Below are positions 47,320-56,955 of a stretch of DNA of 64,000 bases, one piece after another. The stretch is from Armatimonadota bacterium. Lineage in GTDB: Bacteria; Armatimonadota; UBA5829; DSUL01. Below the pieces are notes generated by a model, which worked only from the letters and a program-made list of their open reading frames with translations, had not been told where the DNA came from and searched no databases. The stretch covers positions 96,001 through 160,000 of the forward strand of contig JBDHZC010000001.1 of NCBI GenBank assembly GCA_039811685.1. Direction: 5' to 3'. How positions within the stretch are numbered: the first letter of the stretch is position 1; the number at the start of each line of letters is the position of its first letter. The position numbers and the translations under genes are program-made.

Positions 47320-48855
47320 ATGCCTGAAGTGATACACTCGCCATCGGTGACTCCCGCAGACAATCAGACATCTGTCCTGGAGATGCGCAGTATCTCAAAA
47401 GCTTTCCCAGGGGTGCGCGCGCTGGATGGCGTGGACTTTGAAGTCAAGCGCGGCGAGGTGCATGCGCTTGTCGGGGAAAACGGTGCGGGCAAGTCTACAC
47501 TCATGAAGATTCTCGCCGGCGCGCAGAGTGCGGACAGCGGGGAGATCCTTCTGGACGGAGAAGCCGCTACTATTGACTCTCCGCAGAAAGCTATGGATCT
47601 TGGCATCAGCATCATCTACCAGGAGTTCAACCTGGTGCCATACCTGTCTGCAGCGGAAAACATATTTCTTGGTCGGGAGCCCCGAGCAGCCATTCCAGGC
47701 TTCGTGGACTTCCGCACAATGCATGCGCAAGCTCAGAGTCTGATCGATGATCTCGGGGTCAAGCTGGACATTCGAGAGACCGTCAACAGGCTGTCTGTCG
47801 CTCAGCAGCAGATGGTGGAGATCGCCAAAGCCACTTCGCGCCAGGCGCGCATCATCGCAATGGATGAGCCTTCCGCAACGCTGACCGATTATGAGCTGGC
47901 TCACTTGTTCGCACTCATTGAGCGGCTGAAGAGCCAGGGTGTGGCGATTGTGTACATCTCGCACCGGCTTGAGGAGATATTCCAGATCGCCGATCGAGTA
48001 ACGGTCTTTCGGGATGGGCACGTCGTTGGGACGCGCCCGGTTGGTGAGCTGGACCGCGAGACAGTTATCCAGATGATGGTTGGACGGGAGATCAAGCAAC
48101 AGATTCCCAAAGAGGCTGCGACTCCTGGCGAAGTCGTCCTTGAGTTGAAAAATGTCTCACGCGCAGGAGTTCTGAACAATATCTCCTTCGCTGTGCGGGC
48201 AGGCGAGATTGTGGGCCTCGCTGGCCTTGTGGGAGCGGGACGCACAGAAGTTGCGCGCGTGATATTTGGCGCTGACAGCTATGATTCTGGTGAAATCCTG
48301 CTCGATGGACAGCCTCTGCGCGTCAAAAACCCAAGAGATGCCATTGGCGCGGGTGTCGGACTCGTCACAGAAGACAGAAAAGCGTTGGGATTGATTCTGG
48401 GAATGGCCGTGCGGGAGAACATCACACTGGCCAACCTCGCGGAAGTGTCCCGCTTGTCGTTCATAAATCAGCGCAAAGAAAAGCAGGTCGCCCGCCAGTA
48501 TGTGGACGATCTCGCAATCAAAACGCCATCTGTCGAGCAGCAGGTTCAGAATCTCTCAGGTGGCAATCAGCAGAAAGTAGTTCTGGCAAAATGGCTTTTC
48601 ACTCAGTCCCGTGTTCTGATTTTTGATGAGCCCACACGAGGCATTGATGTTGGTAGCAAGGTGGAGATATATCAGCTAATGAATCGCCTGGCGGCCAACG
48701 GAACCGCGATCATTATGATCTCCTCCGAGTTGCCGGAAGTGCTGGGAATGAGCGATCGAATCGTCGTTATGCACGAAGGCTCCGTTGCGGGCGAGTTGTC
48801 GCGGAGTGAAGCGACTCAAGAGAAGATAATGCATCTGGCTACTGGTGGCCAGTGA
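47320..48855 (+). CDS. Monosaccharide ABC ATP-binding protein (RbsA/MglA type)
   Basis: GENGAGKST, MDEP, LSGGNQQKV, DEPTRGIDVG, SSELPE. Confidence 0.95.
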   Translation: MPEVIHSPSVTPADNQTSVLEMRSISKAFPGVRALDGVDFEVKRGEVHALVGENGAGKSTLMKILAGAQSADSGEILLDGEAATIDSPQKAMDLGISIIYQEFNLVPYLSAAENIFLGREPRAAIPGFVDFRTMHAQAQSLIDDLGVKLDIRETVNRLSVAQQQMVEIAKATSRQARIIAMDEPSATLTDYELAHLFALIERLKSQGVAIVYISHRLEEIFQIADRVTVFRDGHVVGTRPVGELDRETVIQMMVGREIKQQIPKEAATPGEVVLELKNVSRAGVLNNISFAVRAGEIVGLAGLVGAGRTEVARVIFGADSYDSGEILLDGQPLRVKNPRDAIGAGVGLVTEDRKALGLILGMAVRENITLANLAEVSRLSFINQRKEKQVARQYVDDLAIKTPSVEQQVQNLSGGNQQKVVLAKWLFTQSRVLIFDEPTRGIDVGSKVEIYQLMNRLAANGTAIIMISSELPEVLGMSDRIVVMHEGSVAGELSRSEATQEKIMHLATGGQ

Positions 48856-48874
48856 TACGAACCTCTACTGGACG

Positions 48875-50002
48875 TTATTGTCCGGGCGGATCAAAGCTCG
48901 GAATGTCCAGTGCCTGCTCGGCCCCGTAGTCCTTGGGACTGATCTTTGCAGAGTCCGGCGCTTCGGCGCCAAAAAGCCCCTTGTCGAAGTCAGATGACAG
49001 ATTCTGAGGCGCAGGTTTGCGGATTCCTACAACTCGCGCAATAGGTGCGCGAATGTCGTGGCATATCTCCTCAGTTCTGAGCAGCTTCCCATCTTTCCAT
49101 ATCTCCCGCGTCAAGATTCTGTTGCATCCGGGAGCTCCTTTGGAAACCAGCTCCGGCTCCAGCCAATCGACGTCTGTGGTCGTGACACCGCCCGGAATAA
49201 AGCTCAGCCCTTTTTCCTTCAGGACGACGCGATAGGGCAATTTTGCGAATGACAATAGCTTCACGGAGACTTCTGAACTCGTGACACTGGTCTTGATCCA
49301 GATGGGACTGCCTGTATTGTTTTTGATGCGCAAGTCCTTAAGTCCGAACACCACCGCAGCGTCCCGTGTCGGCTCTGCATAACTGGTGGGTCCGGAGTGC
49401 ATCCAGCGCTGGGTGATGGGCAGACCTGCCAACAACGCTGCGTTGTACAGCGCAGTGGAAGCCACACAAACGCCACCGCCCGTACCCAGCACCACCTTGC
49501 CTGCAGAATACATCAGGCCTTCCTGATAGCCGCGTTCTGTCACTCTGGGTCCGGTGACGTCATTGAAAGAAAGGACACTGCCGGCAGGCATCATCAGGCG
49601 GTCCAGAGAGCTCAGCGCAAGAGTCAGATTCTCCAGCTCGGGCCCCTTCTGGTTGTGCTTGAAGGTGTACTCCGCAATTACCACACTGGGGCGCATCGCG
49701 GCCGCAGTCGCCAGACCGCGAAAGGCCAGTGAAGAGCGAAACTCTGTGACTGGCGCCACGAGCGCCTCAGTCAGCGGAGTGACGCACTCAGCCCACGAGG
49801 GTATGCCGCGATCACGAACAGACTGTTGAACCGAAACAGAGGAAGGTGGTAAGCTTGAGAATCTCTCTGCCGTCTGTGTCGAAAGCGAACGGCCTGTCAG
49901 TGGAAATGCGGCGAGAACGCAAAATGTGAGAGCGCTTCCCAGAATAGCGCGAATTGCGGTTGGCGTGGTCATCACCGTAATGTATAGCTCTTTCTCAAGC
50001 AA
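48875..50002 (-). CDS. VanW-family protein (start may be ATG 49972)
   Basis: SFNDVTGPR, GGGVC..STALYNAAL, HS, DAAV, DLRIKN; N-terminal hydrophobic segment. Confidence 0.85.
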   Translation of the reverse strand: MLEKELYITVMTTPTAIRAILGSALTFCVLAAFPLTGRSLSTQTAERFSSLPPSSVSVQQSVRDRGIPSWAECVTPLTEALVAPVTEFRSSLAFRGLATAAAMRPSVVIAEYTFKHNQKGPELENLTLALSSLDRLMMPAGSVLSFNDVTGPRVTERGYQEGLMYSAGKVVLGTGGGVCVASTALYNAALLAGLPITQRWMHSGPTSYAEPTRDAAVVFGLKDLRIKNNTGSPIWIKTSVTSSEVSVKLLSFAKLPYRVVLKEKGLSFIPGGVTTTDVDWLEPELVSKGAPGCNRILTREIWKDGKLLRTEEICHDIRAPIARVVGIRKPAPQNLSSDFDKGLFGAEAPDSAKISPKDYGAEQALDIPSFDPPGQ

Positions 50003-50359
50003 AAGTTCCTATCCAGAATATCGTCTCTTCAGAAGAGGAACTGGAGTCTGGCTCAGCCGCATTCTGCGGAGCAGATTTGACCGCCATCTAGTTGCCACGT
50101 CAGGCCATCCGGCGGGGTTGGATGAGTCTCGATGGCGCTTGGTCCAAGGTTTCCAGGCCAACTCATCTGGTCAATATCCATCTTAGCACAATTGGGAAAC
50201 TGTTCAGAGTGTGTAGCTGAACCCTTACACAAAACTAGACTGTATTGCATCGTCCAAGTCTTCGTGTCCATCCGGAAAAACCTGGCGGCGGTGAGGTTCT
50301 TGAATGGTGAGCGGTTTGCGGCATAATGTAGGCAGCCCGCCTGGATGCATGCACTATAA

Positions 50360-52507
50360 ATGTTGACAAAGAGCCACAGCAAAGCCTTGTTCACGCGCGC
50401 AGCATCTGCCTGCGCTATACTTGTCGCCCTTACTCTGTTGGTCTTTGCCCAGAGCGTTCATTTTGAGTTCGTCGGCTACGACGATCCCGACTACGTGTAT
50501 CAAAATCGCCATGTCCAGGAAGGGTTGTCTCTGCGATCAGTTGCCTGGTCATTTCGGGCTACGGAAAAAGGCACGTGGCAGCCTCTCACCTGGTTGTCTC
50601 TGATTGCTGACTACCAGATCTACGGCTTAAAGGCCGGTGGGTTTCACGCAACAAACGTCGCCCTTCACCTCTTCAGCGTTCTGCTGCTGTTCTGGTTCCT
50701 CCGGCGAGAGACTGGCGCAATTTGGAGAAGTTTTTTCGTAGCGGCGCTTTTCGCCATTCATCCGCTGCGTGTAGAGTCTGTGGCCTGGGTTACAGAGCGT
50801 AAGGACGTACTCTGTGGAGTGTTCTGGATGCTGGCTCTGTTGTCTTACGGCAGTTTCGTACGTCGAAGAGGAGTGTGGCGCTATGGGTGCGTGCTTTTCT
50901 GGTTTGCGTGCGCGCTCATGTCTAAACCGATGGCTCTCACACTTCCTCTCGCGCTGCTTTTGCTGGACTACTGGCCGCTGCAACGGCTCACCAATCGTAA
51001 AGGGTTCTCTGCGCTCGTCCGGGAGAAAATTCCACTGCTGGCTTTGGCCGTGCTGTCCGCTGCCGTCACCTTTTACGTGCAGAACAAGGCTGGGGCTGTT
51101 CGCTCAGTCGAAGAAATTCCAGTCGCTGCTCGCCTGCTAAATGTTCCTGTCGCCTACAGCGTGTATATTCTCAAGACGCTGTGGCCCAGCAATCTGGCAG
51201 TGCTCTATCCTCATCCAAGGATGCATATTCCGCTGTGGCAGGTGATCGCATCCGTCGGCGTTCTTGCAGGCGTCAGCTGGGGCGTCGCTCGCCCGGGAGG
51301 ACGGCAAAGGTATCTATCTGCAGGCTGGTGGTGGTATCTCCTGACGCTGCTACCAGTTATTGGCATTGTCCAGATAGGAGAGCACCAGTACGCGGATCGC
51401 TTCACCTACCTGCCTTGTATCGGGCTGTACATTATGGCGGTCTGGGGCGTAGGGGACTGGGCAAAGCGTTTTCAGATTAACCGCGCGGCTCTCGCACTCG
51501 GCGGCGCCACCGTGGTCACGGTTTTGACAGTTGTCGCGTGGCATCAGACAGCTTACTGGAAGAACAGCCTCACGCTCTTTCAGCACACCGTAGCTGTAAC
51601 CCGCAACAACAAGATTGCGGAGAACAACTATGGAGGCTTTCTGTCTCAGGCCGGCCGTCGAAGAGAAGCCATAGAGCACTACAGCCGCGCTCTGAAGATA
51701 GATCCGGAATATCCGATGGCCTGGGTCAATCTCGGGGTGGAATACCTGCACACGGGGGACATCTCAAAGGCCCTTGACGCCTTTCAGAAGGCGTTGAAAA
51801 AAACGCCGCATTCGTCTCTGTTTCAAGCGAACTACGCGCTGGCGCTGCAAAGGGCAGGGCGGTCAAAGGAAGCCGAGGAGGCGTACCTTGGCGCTCTTCG
51901 CTCCAACCCCTCAAGCCAGCTTGCGCTGCAGAACTACGGCTATTTCCTCCTTCAGCAGGGACGTGCGAAGGAGGCGCTGGATCAGTTTCGCTCCTATGTC
52001 GTTTACTGGCCAAACAGCTCTCACGGACACGTCCTGCTCGCGTTCGGGCTTCGAGCCAATGGCAGGGCTGGGGTTCGCGCAGAACTGGAGACCGCACTTC
52101 GCCTTGATCCACACGGCGCAGAGGCGCGTCTGAGACTGGGAGATACTCTCAAGGCTGAGGGCGACGTCTCTGCGGCGATCCGACAGTACCGCGCAGGCCT
52201 CAAGCACCATCCGCAACACTCTGAATTACTCAATAATCTCGCGTGGACGCTCGCGACAGCGTCGCAGAGCAATTTGAGGCGGCCGTCGGAAGCCCTGAAA
52301 CTGGCTGAATCCGCAGCCGCCTTGAAACCAGACGACCCGGGAGTGCTGGACACGCTTGCCGCCGCGCAAGCCGCAAACAAAGACTATGCTCAGGCTGTCA
52401 GGACACAGGAGAGAGTCGTCGCTCTCTTGCAGGGGGCTGGCGCACCGGCCAGTCAGGAGCGCCTGCGGCTCGCCTTGTACCGTCAGCGCCACCCCTACTA
52501 CCGTTAG
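50360..52507 (+). CDS. TMTC-like multi-pass membrane protein (putative GT-C) with TPRs
   Basis: YDDPDYV, HPLRVESVAWVTERKD, SKPM, ADRFTYLP, then TPR repeats. Confidence 0.85.
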   Translation: MLTKSHSKALFTRAASACAILVALTLLVFAQSVHFEFVGYDDPDYVYQNRHVQEGLSLRSVAWSFRATEKGTWQPLTWLSLIADYQIYGLKAGGFHATNVALHLFSVLLLFWFLRRETGAIWRSFFVAALFAIHPLRVESVAWVTERKDVLCGVFWMLALLSYGSFVRRRGVWRYGCVLFWFACALMSKPMALTLPLALLLLDYWPLQRLTNRKGFSALVREKIPLLALAVLSAAVTFYVQNKAGAVRSVEEIPVAARLLNVPVAYSVYILKTLWPSNLAVLYPHPRMHIPLWQVIASVGVLAGVSWGVARPGGRQRYLSAGWWWYLLTLLPVIGIVQIGEHQYADRFTYLPCIGLYIMAVWGVGDWAKRFQINRAALALGGATVVTVLTVVAWHQTAYWKNSLTLFQHTVAVTRNNKIAENNYGGFLSQAGRRREAIEHYSRALKIDPEYPMAWVNLGVEYLHTGDISKALDAFQKALKKTPHSSLFQANYALALQRAGRSKEAEEAYLGALRSNPSSQLALQNYGYFLLQQGRAKEALDQFRSYVVYWPNSSHGHVLLAFGLRANGRAGVRAELETALRLDPHGAEARLRLGDTLKAEGDVSAAIRQYRAGLKHHPQHSELLNNLAWTLATASQSNLRRPSEALKLAESAAALKPDDPGVLDTLAAAQAANKDYAQAVRTQERVVALLQGAGAPASQERLRLALYRQRHPYYR

Positions 52508-52598
52508 CACTGGTTAGAAGCTTTTTCGGGCGCCTTTCGCATGCGTGTGATCGTGGGGTAAAATCACCATCGAAACTTGCTCAAGGAAAGGTCTGCCA

Positions 52599-53708
52599 AT
52601 GATCGTCGGAGTTCCCACAGAGATAATGCCCGGAGAAGGGCGTGTTGCTGCCAGTCCGGAGACTGTCGCCCGGATGTGTGAGGCCGGTTTCACCGTGCTG
52701 GTGCAGGAAGGGGCCGGCAAAGGCTCGGGAATTGATGACGGGAGCTTCCGCACTGCTGGCGCTCAGACCGTATCACTTGAGGCTGTCTGGTCGCAGGCGG
52801 AGATTATCCTCAAAGTCAAACAGCCGATGTTCAACAGGCAGCTTGGCGTCCACGAAGCGGAACTGCTTCCGGAAGGGCGATGCCTGATTACTTTTCTGCA
52901 TCCCGCCAACAGTCTGGATGTTGTTGAGATTCTGCGCAGGCGCAACATTACATCGTTCACGATGGATTCTATCCCGCGTACTCCTGAAGCTCGCCCAATG
53001 GACGCCCTGTCCAGTATGAGCCTGCTGGCGGGCTATCGCGCGGCAATCATGGCGGCAAATCTTGCGCCGCGAATGTTCGGAGCCGCGGAGGCTGAAGTTG
53101 GCCATCTGGAGCCTATACGAGTGCTTGTTGTGGGCTTTGGGGTAGTGGGCCTGGCCGCCGTGCGAACCTGCCTGCAGCTCAACGCAGAAGTGGCCATTTT
53201 GGATTTGCGCGAAGAGGCTCAACAGCGCGCTCTGGCGCTGGGTGTGCGCTCAGTTCAACCGGCGGGTCAGCATGCCGGCGACTTCAATGCCGCTGTCATG
53301 GACGCCATCTCCAGCGAACTTCCCCACACAGACGTGCTGATCCTTTCAGCGCTGGTGTTTGCGGAGAAAGCACCCATTCTGCTTACGCGCGAAATGCTGA
53401 AGAAGATGCCCTGGGGCGCAGTTGTGGTTGATGTGTCAGTGGATCAAGGCGGCAACTGCGAGGTGACTGCGCCCGGAGAGATTGTGACCGTGGACGATGT
53501 GAAAGTGGTGGGTATCCTCAACCTGCCGGGCCAGGTGCCTGTAGACGCCACGCGCCTCTATTCTCGAAACGTTGCGAACTTTCTTTTTCGAGTGGTCCAG
53601 AACGGCCGGATAGTCACAGACGACTTAATTACACGCGCAGCCCTGGTCACGCATGCTGGCGAGATCACGCACGCCGGCACGCTGAAAGCTTTTCAAATCG
53701 TCAGCTAG
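52599..53708 (+). CDS. Alanine dehydrogenase / transhydrogenase-alpha family oxidoreductase
   Basis: GVPTE..GEGRVA, GAG, KVKQP, FLHP, DALSSMS..AGY, GxGxxG, DQGGNCE. Confidence 0.85.
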   Translation: MIVGVPTEIMPGEGRVAASPETVARMCEAGFTVLVQEGAGKGSGIDDGSFRTAGAQTVSLEAVWSQAEIILKVKQPMFNRQLGVHEAELLPEGRCLITFLHPANSLDVVEILRRRNITSFTMDSIPRTPEARPMDALSSMSLLAGYRAAIMAANLAPRMFGAAEAEVGHLEPIRVLVVGFGVVGLAAVRTCLQLNAEVAILDLREEAQQRALALGVRSVQPAGQHAGDFNAAVMDAISSELPHTDVLILSALVFAEKAPILLTREMLKKMPWGAVVVDVSVDQGGNCEVTAPGEIVTVDDVKVVGILNLPGQVPVDATRLYSRNVANFLFRVVQNGRIVTDDLITRAALVTHAGEITHAGTLKAFQIVS

Positions 53709-53717
53709 AGGTCTTTC

Positions 53718-54530
53718 TTAGTAGGGCGTTCCCGGTATGTGTCCGGGATCCCAGTCGCCGCTGTCCACCTGTCTGAGTAACAGCTCTTGCTTTCCGTACT
53801 TCACGTGCCCGTCGCAGTAAGCGACATTAGTGCCTTCGTAGTGGACGTTTGAGGGAATGTCACGCCGGCTCTGCCAGTTGAAGTCTCCGTCGTTGAGCCC
53901 GCCCATTTGTGGGTCTCTCGGGTCGTTGTTGCGGGCCTCGTGAATAAGCAGCAGCACCTTCGCCGGGTCGTTGTTCATCGCATCCAGCTTCTGCCAGTTG
54001 CGCCCGTTGAAACCTTTGTCATCAAACGCCAGGTTCATGCTGTAACTCAGCGGAAACTGCCTTCGATACGTGGCCAGCGCAATTCCAGGAGGCGCTTGCG
54101 ATATCTGCATGGCAGGCACGTTGCGGTCTGTCGGACAAAGATACGCGCCGGCTGCCTTCACGTAAGGCCACAGCCCACCGTCCTGAAGGATAACGTAGCT
54201 GCCGGTACCGTGCGATCCTGCCCAGTCATATTGATTTGGAGCATTGCCTACCATGCGGGCATCCGGCAGGCGTCCGCCGTTGTCGTTGGCATACTGCAGC
54301 ATGGCAGTGGAGAGTTGTTTGAGGTTGCTCAGGCATTGAGTCGAGCGCGCTTTCTCTCGAGCCATAGCGAAAACTGGAAATAGAATCGCCGCCAGGATCG
54401 CGATAATAGCGATGACAACGAGAAGCTCAATCAATGTGAATCCTGAGCGCTGTGCGCGATCGCCGTGCACCGCGGTGCTCTGAGCCCTTCCCTCAGCGCT
54501 GTTTGCTGCTCGCCTATTGATCCTGAACAT
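53718..54530 (-). CDS. Prepilin-type N-terminal cleavage/methylation protein (DUF1559, H-X9-DG)
   Basis: [58 protein letters not shown]. Confidence 0.93.
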   Translation of the reverse strand: MFRINRRAANSAEGRAQSTAVHGDRAQRSGFTLIELLVVIAIIAILAAILFPVFAMAREKARSTQCLSNLKQLSTAMLQYANDNGGRLPDARMVGNAPNQYDWAGSHGTGSYVILQDGGLWPYVKAAGAYLCPTDRNVPAMQISQAPPGIALATYRRQFPLSYSMNLAFDDKGFNGRNWQKLDAMNNDPAKVLLLIHEARNNDPRDPQMGGLNDGDFNWQSRRDIPSNVHYEGTNVAYCDGHVKYGKQELLLRQVDSGDWDPGHIPGTPY

Positions 54531-54590
54531 CTCAACCCTTTCGCTGCGCACGACACACCGGGATAACAGAGATGGCATGCGTTCCCGATG

Positions 54591-54619
54591 AGTGTACGCC
54601 GATAGCCTGCAACAGTCAA
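54591..54619 (-). promoter_or_regulatory. Sigma70-like promoter of DUF1559 gene
   Basis: Minus strand TTGACT-17 nt-TACACT. Confidence 0.6.
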
Positions 54620-54797
54620 GGCTTTTACTATGACATTTATAAGAACGATTTCCGACCGTCCCGTGTTCCTGCCCGCTTGTTGAAAAGCCCCTCCAGCGGT
54701 TTAGACTGTTGAGTTCGTTCTATACTTGCGCAATGCATATTGCTCCGTCCTCTTGCGCCGCACCCATCATTTCGGTATTCTTCAAGCAGTTGTTTAC

Positions 54798-54878
54798 GGG
54801 CGGGTGGCGGAACGGTAGACGCAGCGGACTTAAAATCCGCGGCCGCAAGGCATGAGGGTTCGAATCCCTCCTCGCCCA
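54798..54878 (+). tRNA. tRNA-Leu (anticodon UAA), CCA not encoded
   Basis: Acceptor GGGCGGG/CTCGCCC+A, anticodon arm GCGGA-CTTAAAA-TCCGC, long variable arm, GTTCGAATC T-loop. Confidence 0.96.
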
Positions 54879-54940
54879 GAATCTTGCGTTGGCGCCATTG
54901 CATGCGGCTGCCAGCGGCTCGCTCTGCGGCAGAAACGCGA

Positions 54941-54974
54941 AAAGGCTCCGGAAGCGTAAAGCTCCGGAGCCTTT
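54941..54974. terminator. Hairpin between convergent tRNA and RRM gene, probably bidirectional terminator
   Basis: AAAGGCTCCGGA-N10-TCCGGAGCCTTT perfect 12-bp stem. Confidence 0.7.
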
Positions 54975-54997
54975 CCATTACAGACAGAGGCAGCTAA

Positions 54998-55327
54998 CTA
55001 CCAGCGATTGCGTCCGCCGCCGCCGCCACCGTAGCCGCCACGGCTACCGCCGCCGCCACCGTAACCGCCGCGGCCGCCGCCGCCACCGCTGCGCTCAGGG
55101 CGCGGACGGGCCTCATTGACTGTCAGCGGGCGTCCGCCCACTTCCTTGCCATTGAGTTCGTCGATGGCGGCCTGGGCGTTCTCTGCTGGGATGTCAACAA
55201 AAGCAAATCCCTTATCAGAGATGACGCGAATGCCCTCGATGGGGCCGTGAGGCTCGAACAGCGCGCGAAGCTCGCTCTCGCTGGTCGAGTAGCTCATATT
55301 ACCGACATAGAGTGATTTTGATGCCAT
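54998..55327 (-). CDS. RRM RNA-binding protein with Gly-rich tail
   Basis: RNP2 LYVGNM, RNP1 KGFAFV, GRPLTVNEARP, GGYGGG/RGG tail. Confidence 0.95.
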   Translation of the reverse strand: MASKSLYVGNMSYSTSESELRALFEPHGPIEGIRVISDKGFAFVDIPAENAQAAIDELNGKEVGGRPLTVNEARPRPERSGGGGGRGGYGGGGGSRGGYGGGGGGRNRW

Positions 55328-55622
55328 TTTGGCTTTACCTTCATAGTGCTCAGATGCAACAGGCTTTGGCTGCCTTCGGAGGATTCCAATTCCAGCAGCT
55401 TCTGCTTGTCTTGCAGACGAATTATCCGCCTGGCGGGTTAGCCTTACTTTCGCTGCCTTCCCACTGTGGCGGTCGCCACAGCCTTCCCTTCACCAGATAC
55501 GAGACAGTACAGAGATGAAGCTGACGTCATTACACGGAATCCGATCAGTGCGCAGAAGATAAAGCGATCTACGAGGTGAAAAGGAGGCCGATTCGCCTGG
55601 CTGAGAGGTTGTGACTGTCGGC

Positions 55623-55651
55623 ACTATAGCACAGTGCGCGGCGCAGCGCAA
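55623..55651 (-). promoter_or_regulatory. Sigma70 promoter (extended -10) for RRM gene
   Basis: Minus strand TTGCGC-17 nt-TATAGT with TG upstream of -10. Confidence 0.7.
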
Positions 55652-55725
55652 CCTCATATCGAGGATTCTGGCACTTCGCGGAGAAGTTTTGCAAGGCGAA
55701 TGCGAACAGAGCCAGTCACACATCA

Positions 55726-56955
55726 CTACGGAACACGCACCAGTTCCCACTTCCACGTGCGACCTGACACCACAGTCCTTCGTTTGCGCTCCAGTTCTGC
55801 AATCTGAGCATCCAGTTTGCGAAGCTCCGATGCGCGCTCACCGGGTGTCAAAACCTGGGCGTCAGCCAACTCCACCTTGCGCCACCTCGTGTAGTAAGCG
55901 CTTTCCTGCTCGCGGCACAGTTGATCCACCTGCTTTGCAAGCTCCCTCCATGGCCCCGGTAGCGGCGCCAGATCCACCCCCGCAGATAGCTGCGAGCCGT
56001 CCATCTCCGCGACTGCCTTTCCATTGACCGTCAACTTCCATTTTCCCGGAGTCAGATTCTTCACTTTGAGCTCGTAGCGGTTCATAGCGATAAGCTCTGG
56101 CTCATAAGGGAATAATACGTCCGCGGCGGGGTCAAACGCCATCGGCAGGGCCTCGTCGCGCCGAAGAAACACAAGTTTATCTGAGGTATGCGCCAAAACC
56201 TTTACTCGGCATCGACTCGATGTCAGCCGCTCATCGCCGATCTCCAGCGAGGCAGCTGGCTGGTTGCACCCGAGCGCCTGAATCAAACCGTAGGCCATCA
56301 GGGCATGTCCCGCCGAGTCCGGATGAACACCATCGGGGATCATTGTGAAGTCTTTGCGCTCGGACTTCGCTTGAGTCTGCGCGTTGAGCATAAGGGTGTG
56401 GATGTTGAAAATCGGTACGCCAAGCCGTCTGGCAAGCATGACCTCGCCCCGGGCAAACTGCCCGAGAGTGGGATTGTAGGCGCGCATGCGCTCCGGGCTG
56501 TTCCAGTTTTTTCTGTCGGGGTCCACTACTCCAGGCGTGAGCAGGGCGACTCTGGCGCCGGTGGTCCTGATTTGTTGCACCAGCTCTTCCATCGACGAGA
56601 TAAAGCGTTCATAGTTCACCCTGTTGAACGCCCCAACACCGCCGTCATTCATCCCGTAGCAGATAGTTACAACTGTTGGCTGTAAGCTCAGGACATCGCG
56701 TTGCAGTCTTTTGAGGCCTCCCCCTGCTGTGTCCGATACCCAGCCCGCATTGCGAAAGCTCAGGCTCATCTCTGGATACCGCAGTGTCAGGTAATCCATT
56801 ACATAGCGCGTGTAGATGCGCTGCTCAGTGATGCTGTCGCCGAGAAACACGATGCGATCGCCGTCTCGAAGCTGGAACGAGGGCTGTGCCGCCGCGTACG
56901 CGACAGAAAACGCCAGCCAGAGGCAGAGCGTGATGCAAGAAAGGAGCCTTTTCAT
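55726..56955 (-). CDS. Secreted SGNH/GDSL hydrolase
   Basis: Signal peptide; FLGDSIT, NAG, GMND, DGVHP. Confidence 0.9.
   Translation of the reverse strand: MKRLLSCITLCLWLAFSVAYAAAQPSFQLRDGDRIVFLGDSITEQRIYTRYVMDYLTLRYPEMSLSFRNAGWVSDTAGGGLKRLQRDVLSLQPTVVTICYGMNDGGVGAFNRVNYERFISSMEELVQQIRTTGARVALLTPGVVDPDRKNWNSPERMRAYNPTLGQFARGEVMLARRLGVPIFNIHTLMLNAQTQAKSERKDFTMIPDGVHPDSAGHALMAYGLIQALGCNQPAASLEIGDERLTSSRCRVKVLAHTSDKLVFLRRDEALPMAFDPAADVLFPYEPELIAMNRYELKVKNLTPGKWKLTVNGKAVAEMDGSQLSAGVDLAPLPGPWRELAKQVDQLCREQESAYYTRWRKVELADAQVLTPGERASELRKLDAQIAELERKRRTVVSGRTWKWELVRVP

Noticed and set aside
55010..55090. GCC/CCG-rich tandem repeats
   Set aside because: Explained by the Gly-rich tail of the RRM protein.
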